A stretch of DNA of 63,979 nucleotides, the filler included, from Cercozoa sp. M6MM (Eukaryota > Protista > Endomyxa: Ascetosporea): the NCBI GenBank assembly GCA_040357565.1. It is 14 parts of 14 records of this genome, joined end to end, with 100 filler letters (N's around TTAATTAATTAA, not from the genome) between each part and the next. Parts side by side here need not be neighbours in the genome. Positions count along the whole stretch, not along the records: positions 54,562 to 59,369 come from JBDODJ010001047.1; positions 59,470 to 60,509 come from JBDODJ010002209.1; positions 60,610 to 61,724 come from JBDODJ010002168.1; positions 61,825 to 62,840 come from JBDODJ010002226.1; positions 62,941 to 63,979 come from JBDODJ010002210.1; 9 more parts are not named here. One strand, 5' to 3'. Positions 56,628 through 63,979 of the stretch are shown one piece after another (position 1 is the first letter of the stretch; every line of letters begins with the position of its first letter). Under the pieces are notes generated by a model. It was given only the letters and a program-made list of their open reading frames with translations. It did not search any database and was not told the origin of the DNA. The position numbers were made by a program, and so were the translations under genes.

Positions 56628-59352
56628 CTACATCCAAGGTCGAGAGCGAGTTCGTCGAGTTGCGCGCGCTGCTGCAAAAAACGCGTCGCGCCAGTCTCGC
56701 GCTCCTCGGGCAGCTCGTCCTGCGAGGCGGGGGGGGGGGGGTAAGGGGTAGGGATCAAGGGGAGAGGGGGTAAACCAAGACACCAGCATGCGCTCGATAT
56801 CGGCGACGTCGAGATCGCCGTCAGTCTGCTCGTCCTGCTCGTCGCTGTCGTTGTTGTTTCTTGTGTCGTTGTTGTTGTTTCTTGTGTCGTTGTTGTTGTT
56901 TTTTGTGTCGTTGTTGTTGTTGGAGGGCGAGGACGACTCCAGTTCGGCCAGCAGGTCGCCCTCCAGTGTCTGGAGGTGGGGGTAAGGGGTAGGGGGTAAA
57001 TGGGTAAAGGGGGATAGGGGGTAAACCTGCTCCTCGGCATCGTGGAGCTGCCGTTGCACGAAGGTGTCCAGGTCAAAGTCGCCGAAACTCTGAACACACA
57101 GACACGTGGTGGCATGACTGTGACCAACCCACTCAGTGACTCAGTGACCACGTGGGTGACCACGTGGGTGACCACTCAGTGCGTGGGGTACCTCCTGCAG
57201 TGGCTCGGCGCTGTCGACTTCGCTCTCGTTGCTCTCGGCGGCGTGATCGGTATCGTCCCCACTGTCACCGTCAGTGACACCGTCAGTGACACCGTCAGTG
57301 TAGTGATGATCAGTGACACCGTCAGTGTAGTGATGATCATTGTAGCGATCAGTGACACCGTCAGTGGAGTGATCGGTGTCACCGTAGAAGGAGCAGTCAA
57401 AGTCCAGCTGCGACAGGAACTGCGTGAGCCACGTGCCACCGACGTCGTCGCTCTGCGCCGCCAGCGACAGCTGCGCCTGCGCTTACCCCCCTGTTTACCC
57501 CCCCCCCCCCCCCCCCCCCCCCCTTCCCCCGCCCCCCCGCCCCCTGTTTACCCCCTATCCCCCGCCCCCTGTTTACCCCCTACCCTTTACCCCCCAGGTA
57601 CCAGGAAGAGGTGCAGCGCCTGTCGCATGGCACGTCGCGTTCGCTGCAGCGACTCGGCGTGGTGCTCGGCGATACGCTTCGCCTCGGCCTGTCCATGGGG
57701 GTAAAGGGGTAGGGGGTAAAGACGGTGAGGGGGGGGGGGGTAAACGCGTGCTACAGCGATAGCAAAGGCGGCGCGGTCGGACACGTCGGTGTGCGACCAG
57801 TCGCCTTGCTGCGAGCGTTGACGCGCCTTCAGCACCTGGGGGAGGGGAGTAAAGAGGGAGGTAAAGAGGGGGGTAACGAGGGAGGTAGCGAGGAGGTAAA
57901 GGGGGTCAGAGGCAAGGAGGTGGTGGGGGGGGGGGTAAAACCCACCAAGGAGTCGAAGGCGCGCGAGTGTCGTTGTGCCACCGCCAGCAGCGACTGCGAC
58001 GACGCCGCCACGACGCCGAGCGACTCGCGCACGCCACGCAGCGCCTCCTGCGGCGACTGCAGCAGCAACATCTCTTGTTGTTTCTCTCCTTGTTGTTGTT
58101 TTTCTCCTTGTTGGTTTTCTTGTTGTTGTTTTTCTCCTTGTTGTTTTTGTTGTTGACGCTGCAGTGCAAGCAGTCGGCGCAGTTGCCGTTGCGTCTCCTC
58201 TGTCGGAAGGAGAGTAAAGGGGGGGTAAAAGGGGGGGTAAAAGGGGGTAGGGGGTGGTAGGGGGGTAAAACCCTCACGCGGCACTCGAGCGAACTCGGCG
58301 CGAAGCAGAACGACTTGCTCCAGTCTGGTCAGGGAGGGTATGGAGGGGGGTAAGGGGGAGGTAGGTCTGGCTACAGTGTCAAGTAGTCCGAGTAGGCGTT
58401 TCTCAAATCGCTCACCGACTCCGACTTGTCCGTGCTGCCGGGGGGTGGGGTGGGGTATAGAGCGGTATGGGGGGAAGGGGTAGGGGGGTAAAGAAACTAC
58501 GCCTCGTGCAGCAGTCGCCAGGCCTGCGCCATCTGCACAACAACAAAACAGCGTCAGCGCCCCCTTAAACACAGAGTGGCGCCCCCTTAACACAGAGCAA
58601 CGCCCCTTAAACACAGAGTGCCGCCCCTTTAAACACCAGTACCTGCACAGCGACGGCACGCGCGTAGCAGCGCAGGAAGTGCGCCGCCTCGTGCAGCAGC
58701 AGTCGCTGCCGCTGCAGCACCGCCTCCAGCGACGCCAGCGCTCCGCTCAGCGGCTCCCTTAAGCACATACAACGCCCCCTTAATTCAGCTCTCTTAACTC
58801 AGGCCCCCTTAACCCTGCCAAGCCCAATTACCCAAATAAAGAGCCCCCTTAATTAGGTACCTGCGACGTAGCAGCGGGTGTCGCCACAGTCGCTCGAAGC
58901 GGCGCGTCAGGCGGCGCCACGCCACCACGCGTCCACTCAGACACGACACGCGCCGCTGCGCCTCCCTCTGTCCGCGCGGAGGGTTTCGGGGAAAGGTGGG
59001 AAGGGGGGAAGAACCAAAACGCACATCAATGACCGAGTCGAGCGGCGGTGCCACGACGCAGGAGAAACGCAGCGCGTGCCAACCGTCGCACGTGTCACTC
59101 ACCTCGTCCAGCTGCACCTCCATCACCGAAGCTGTGGGGGGGGGGGGCAACCAGGGGGAACCGGGGGGTAAACAGGGGAGGTAAACAGGGGGTAAAACAG
59201 ACCCACCCACAGAGGCCTCGGCAGGCAGCACGACCTGCGCCGCCCTCTCCAGCACACTGCGCAGCGCGTGCAGCGGCACCTGCCGCCACGGCTTGCTCAG
59301 CGTGCGCTCGCGTGCCAGCGTGTCCAGCAACTGCGCCGCAAAGTCGTCCCTA
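56628..59352 (-). CDS. TUBGCP3: Gamma-tubulin complex component, GCP3/Spc98-like (GRIP2 region), divergent, 5'-truncated
   Basis: DFAAQLLDTL..LSKPWRQVPLHALRSVLERA, EVQLDEVSDTCDGWHALRFSCVVAPPLDSVI, LLHEAAHFLRCY..MAQAWRLL and FLSQLDFDCSFY parallel GCP3 DF..LMD.L..P....HNL...LE.A / GWD.F.L.Y.V..P / EM.HF / RLDFN.Y. Confidence 0.7.
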
Positions 59353-59507
59353 CAGGGGGTAAACCGGGGNNNNNNNNNNNNNNNNNNNNNNNNNNNNNNN
59401 NNNNNNNNNNNNNTTAATTAATTAANNNNNNNNNNNNNNNNNNNNNNNNNNNNNNNNNNNNNNNNNNNNATAATTTTGTACACACAACGTGTGACACCTG
59501 GGTTCTA

Positions 59508-59977
59508 GGAATCGCGCCTCAGCAGTCGCATTTTCGGCTTTGGTGTTCCAGTTCTGCAGAGACAGAGCGAGTTTTTCGGCGCTCTTCGTTCGCTGTTCCA
59601 ACCTGGGTAGGCGGTCGACTTTTTGACCTGTGTTGATGTGTTGCGCATGTTGGTTCAAGACAGTAAGCAAACGACATCCCTGTGGTCAGCACTCCGCAGA
59701 GACCTCCATGGTAGTCCTCACATACACATATATACATGTGCAGAGTGATGTTTACGTTCGCTGTGGTTGTTGCGTAAATTTTGGCCAGGTCTGCGGCCGG
59801 ACTCGCCGAGTACACATGCCGTTTCCGTCGCTCTTGGCGTCAATGTCACATTGTGCACGGTGCTTTTGACTCGACTCTGTTGTGCGCACTATGTCCATTC
59901 ATGTCATGTGTGTGTGTGTGTGTGTGTACGTGTGTGTGTCTGTGTCTGTGTCTGTGTCTGTGTCTGTGTCTGTGTCT

Positions 59978-60031
<54 letters not shown>

Positions 60032-60419
60032 GCAAAGTTTTTGGTCGCTTCCTGGACTGGTACATTACTTTGTGCGTTCAGTTGTGATTGTATATTTGTC
60101 GGTTGTTCGTCTAGGATCGGCGGCACTGAAATCCGAAGGCTGGCATTCACTCGCTGGTACCCTGCCACGCCTTGCGTTGTGTCTCTGTTGTGCCTGTGTC
60201 TATACACGCGTGTGTGAGTGCAGATTGCTTCAACCAGGCGCTGCAGCTGTTTGGCATTCGTCGTTCACGCCGTGCGCCCGACTGGCGACACCAGTTTGGT
60301 ACCTCGTCCGTCTTGTTGTCTTGTTTGTGTCTGCAGGTACTGCTACTGTGTCTTGTAGGATACGGCAACGAGCGCTACATTGCGTCGCTCACGGCTGCGT
60401 GCTTTCTTTTCTTTGTTGG
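59508..60419 (+). CDS. Cation diffusion facilitator, ZnT9 (SLC30A9)/MTP7-like, N-terminal part
   Basis: [14 protein letters not shown]|AKFLVASWT|[14 protein letters not shown]|[25 protein letters not shown]|GYGNERY. Confidence 0.88.
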
Positions 60420-60651
60420 TACGCCTTGTCTGTGTGTGTGTGTCTGTGCCTGTGTATGTGCCTGTTTCTCCGTGTGTATGTGTGTGTGTGTGTGTTGTGT
60501 GTGCCTGTGNNNNNNNNNNNNNNNNNNNNNNNNNNNNNNNNNNNNNNNNNNNNTTAATTAATTAANNNNNNNNNNNNNNNNNNNNNNNNNNNNNNNNNNN
60601 NNNNNNNNNGGGTTAAACGGGGGGGGGGGTAAACAGGGGGGTAAAGCGTAG

Positions 60652-61554
60652 GAGGAGCGCGACTGGACGCACGTGGCACCGTCGGTGACCGGCCTCGTTC
60701 TGATGGAGTACCTGCACGAGGCACGCCGACTGGACCAGCTGGCACTGGCACTGAGTGCACCCACGTGGTCTCCCACGTGGTCACACACGTGGTCTCCCAC
60801 ATGGTCGCCCACGTGGTCACTGCGACTCTGTCGTCGTGTGCTGCGGCAGCTGCTGCGCGGCGTGCGTTTCTTGTGGCGCCGCCGCCTGCTGCACCGCGAC
60901 CTGTCCGCGAACAACGTTGTCGTTGTGCCTGTCTACGCCGACGACGGCGTCGTTGTTGGTGTGTTTACCCCTCTTACCCCCTCTTACCCCCCTCTTACCC
61001 CCTCTTACCCCTCTTACCCCCCTCTTACCTCCCCTTGCCCACCCCCTCTTACCCACCCCCAGAGGATGTGCGCACGGTGATCCTCGACCTGGACGCAGTG
61101 GCGCCGATCGATGATACCGACGGTGACACTGACACTGTCACTGATACCGACGGTGACACTGATACCGACGGTGACACTGACGGTGACACTGAGGCTGTCG
61201 ACACCGATCGGTACCGTCGCCACGTGCTGCAGCAGCTGCTGCTCCAGTTGGCACGTGCCACCGACGGTATCAGTGACCACGTGTCCAGTGACCACGTGTC
61301 CAGTGACCACGTGTCCAGTGACCACGTGGCCTGGGTGAGCGACGGTGTGCGACACCGAGTGGCACGTGGGCCGCCGCACTGGCCCGTCAGCACGGCCGGC
61401 ACGCTGTGTCCGCGCGACCTGCTGGCCCTGGTCGGCGGACCGCATCCCGGCGGACCGCATACCGGCGGAGGACTGGCCGGGCGACACCGCGTCAGCGGCG
61501 CCTCGATGCTGTGGGCCGCCGCCGCTCTCGTCGCCGACGCCGCCGTTCTCGCGC

Positions 61555-61616
<62 letters not shown>

Positions 61617-61717
61617 GAAAAACAAGAAAAACAACAACAACAAGAAAAACAACAACAAGAAAAACAACAAGAGTGCCCTGAGATGCCGGTGTCGCATGGC
61701 GATGACACAGACACTGT
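60652..61717 (+). CDS. Divergent protein kinase-like fragment (subdomains V-IX) with repeat inserts and poly-Q
   Basis: LVLMEYL, RQLLRGVRFL, LLHRDLSANNVVV, VILDLD (at the DFG position), STAGT, SMLWAAA. Confidence 0.7.
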
Positions 61718-61828
61718 AGCCCTTNNNNNNNNNNNNNNNNNNNNNNNNNNNNNNNNNNNNNNNNNNNNTTAATTAATTAANNNNNNNNNNNNNNNNNNNN
61801 NNNNNNNNNNNNNNNNNNNNNNNNAGCA

Positions 61829-62835
61829 GGACTTTGTGCACTGTCGCGGCGAGCGACCCAAGACGCGCCGGCACGCGCCGCCGTCGCCGCCGTCGTCCGC
61901 GCGGACGCTGCGCACAGTGGTAAGCCTCTCTGATCGATCATTGCGATCACTCTGATCGATCATGATCTCCACCCTTTAATATTTCTTGTTTATTTTACGA
62001 ATCTTTATTCACTGATCTTTTTTGATCGATCACTGATCCTTTTGATCGATCACTGATCGTTTTGATCGATCATTTTGATCACTCTACTGTGTGTGCAGCT
62101 GAGGTTCCGCGGACGCAGCGTGCTGACGTCGCTGCACGTGCCAGTGACGGTGTCGCCCGCGAGGAGGACGGTGTCGCCCGTGACGGTGCAGACGGTGCGT
62201 CAGGTGCTCCCGGTGTCGCACGTGGCACTGCGTCGCGCACGTGACACCGTCACTGGCGATCACACCGATCAAACCGTCACCGTCACTGATCAAACCGTCA
62301 CTGATCAAACCGTCACTGATCAAACCGTCATTGATCAAACCGTCATGACTGACGGTGACGGTTTGATCGGTGACGGTTTGATCGGTGACGGTTTGATCGG
62401 TGGCGGTGAGCACGTGCCAAGTGGGGACGACGAGGTGCTGCGGGAACTGCTGGCTGCGCAGCAGCTGCTGCGTCGTACGTCACTTCTTAGCCCCCCCCGC
62501 TTGCCCCCCCCCTGACCCCCCCCCCCAGAGGTGGCGCTGCGCAACGACCTGCGCAAGCGGCGTCTGCAGCGGCGACTGCGCCGGCAGGAGCGGCGACTGC
62601 ACTGGCGCAACGCGCAGTTCCGCGTGTCGCGCACCTCCTCCTTCCTGTAGGACGCCGCCTTAACTATATGCACCCCCTTAACACCCCCTTAACACAGCCC
62701 CTTAACACCCCCTTAACACCCCCTTAACACCCCCTTAAGTAGGTGCGAGATGGGCCATTTGTACACGCGGTGGCACCTGGTGCGAAAGTGTCTGTTGCGC
62801 GGTCTGCGCGCGCCCTGCGATCCCGACGCTGTCAC
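61829..62835 (+). CDS. Hypothetical protein fragment, C-terminus resembling ADA3/Ngg1 coiled coil
   Basis: DDEVLRELLAAQQLLR|EVALRNDLRKRRL resembles the ADA3 pattern DDE...EL...Q..L.....N..RK..L. The match is short. Confidence 0.35.
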
Positions 62836-62950
62836 GTTTTNNNNNNNNNNNNNNNNNNNNNNNNNNNNNNNNNNNNNNNNNNNNTTAATTAATTAANNNN
62901 NNNNNNNNNNNNNNNNNNNNNNNNNNNNNNNNNNNNNNNNCCCCCCCCAG

Positions 62951-63772
62951 TGGCAGCACCAACGCCAGCGGCAGTGCCGTCGGTGGCGCCGTTGGAGAGT
63001 GCGCTGATGACGTGTCGGCAGGCCGGTCTGAATGCCGAGTTGTACCTCGGTGTCACACAGGGGTAGGCCTTTACCCCCTCCCTCCCTTCACCCTACCCCT
63101 TTGCACCTCCAAGCTCTATAAGCCACACCCTCTCCCTCCTGCCTCCCCCTTAATAGGAAGGTGCGAGGCACACTGCTGTCGAACCTGCCGCTGCGCGATG
63201 CGACGAATCTGCACCTGGTGGGCCAGCTGGTGGCCAAGTTTCTCATCGAGGCGCAGAAGGGTCCGCACAAGACCGAGCTGTCCTTGTTCCTGGTCTTGCC
63301 CCCTGCCCTACCCCTACCCCTACCCCTACCCCTACCCTCTACCCTTACCCTCTACCCTTACCCTACCCCCTACTCTCTACCCTTTCTACCCCTACCTACC
63401 CTCTACCCTACCCTCTACCCCCTACCCTTTCCATCTACCCCCTATCCTACCCTACCCTTCTACCCTCTACCCCTACCCCTACCCCTACCCTACCCCTACC
63501 CCCTACCCTCTTTACCCCCATGGGCCCCAACAGAGTCCGGTGAGTCTGCAAGCCTACCCGGACTATGCGCGCATTGTGCCGCGCAACAAACGCATGGACC
63601 TCGGCACGCTGTGCGAGTTGCTGGGTGGTACCCCCCCGTACCCCCTTACCCCCCTATTTACCCCCCCCCCCCCCCGTCCAGGTGTGGTAGTGCCGCCGCC
63701 GTCCAGTGAGCCGAGTCGGACGGTGGAACACTTGTCGCTCGATCGCGTGCAACAGCGTCTGCTGCAGTCCTG
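62951..63772 (+). CDS. Bromodomain-containing protein fragment
   Basis: LSLFL|SPVSLQAYPDYARIVPRNKRMDLGTL corresponds to the ZA loop pattern F..PV....PDY..I....MDL.T. Confidence 0.75.
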
Positions 63773-63979
63773 TGGTAGTTTTACCCCCCTACCGCCCCCA
63801 GCTTTACCCCCCTACCACCCCCAGTTTTACCCCCCTACCACCCCCAGTTTTACCCCCTACCACCCCCCATATTTACCCCCTACCACCTCCTCCTTTACCC
63901 CCCATATTTACCCCCCTACCACCTCCAGCTTTACCCCCTACCACCCCCTCCTTACCCCCTACCTTTACCCCCCCCCCCC

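Overview
This is eukaryotic, intron-dense protist-type DNA, not prokaryotic: there are no operons, CRISPR arrays, rRNA or tRNA. The window is an artificial concatenation of 14 contigs/scaffolds joined by 13 N-flanked TTAATTAATTAA linkers, so adjacency across a linker means nothing. Genes are split by many short GT-AG introns, often filled with simple repeats ((GT)n, (GA)n, (TA)n, CTAC/GATA, TTTACCCC/GGGGTAAA-type), so the ORF track is mostly misleading and I assembled the gene models by eye. Recognisable genes: ACAD10/11-type acyl-CoA dehydrogenase (3' end), Angel/CCR4-like EEP, PHD finger protein, UBZ-like zinc finger protein, complete K+-dependent membrane pyrophosphatase, Stum/SPEC3 protein, complete Tudor-knot+MYST acetyltransferase, metallophosphoesterase, BK/Slo-like channel tail, FUSC-type transporter, GPI-anchored protein, class C GPCR, membrane RGS protein, DUF455 protein, GCP3-like protein, ZnT9/MTP7-like CDF transporter, a degenerate kinase and a bromodomain fragment. 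Best leads: (1) a class C GPCR with two tandem Venus-flytrap domains; (2) a multi-pass receptor-like RGS protein with two apparent sensor loops; (3) a membrane PPase lacking the ion-gate glutamate; (4) a ~190-nt G-U-rich multibranch RNA fold just upstream of that PPase; (5) a dispersed short element with a compensatory base-pair change, one copy interrupted by a solo-LTR-like insert. All homology calls come from motif recognition, not database searches.
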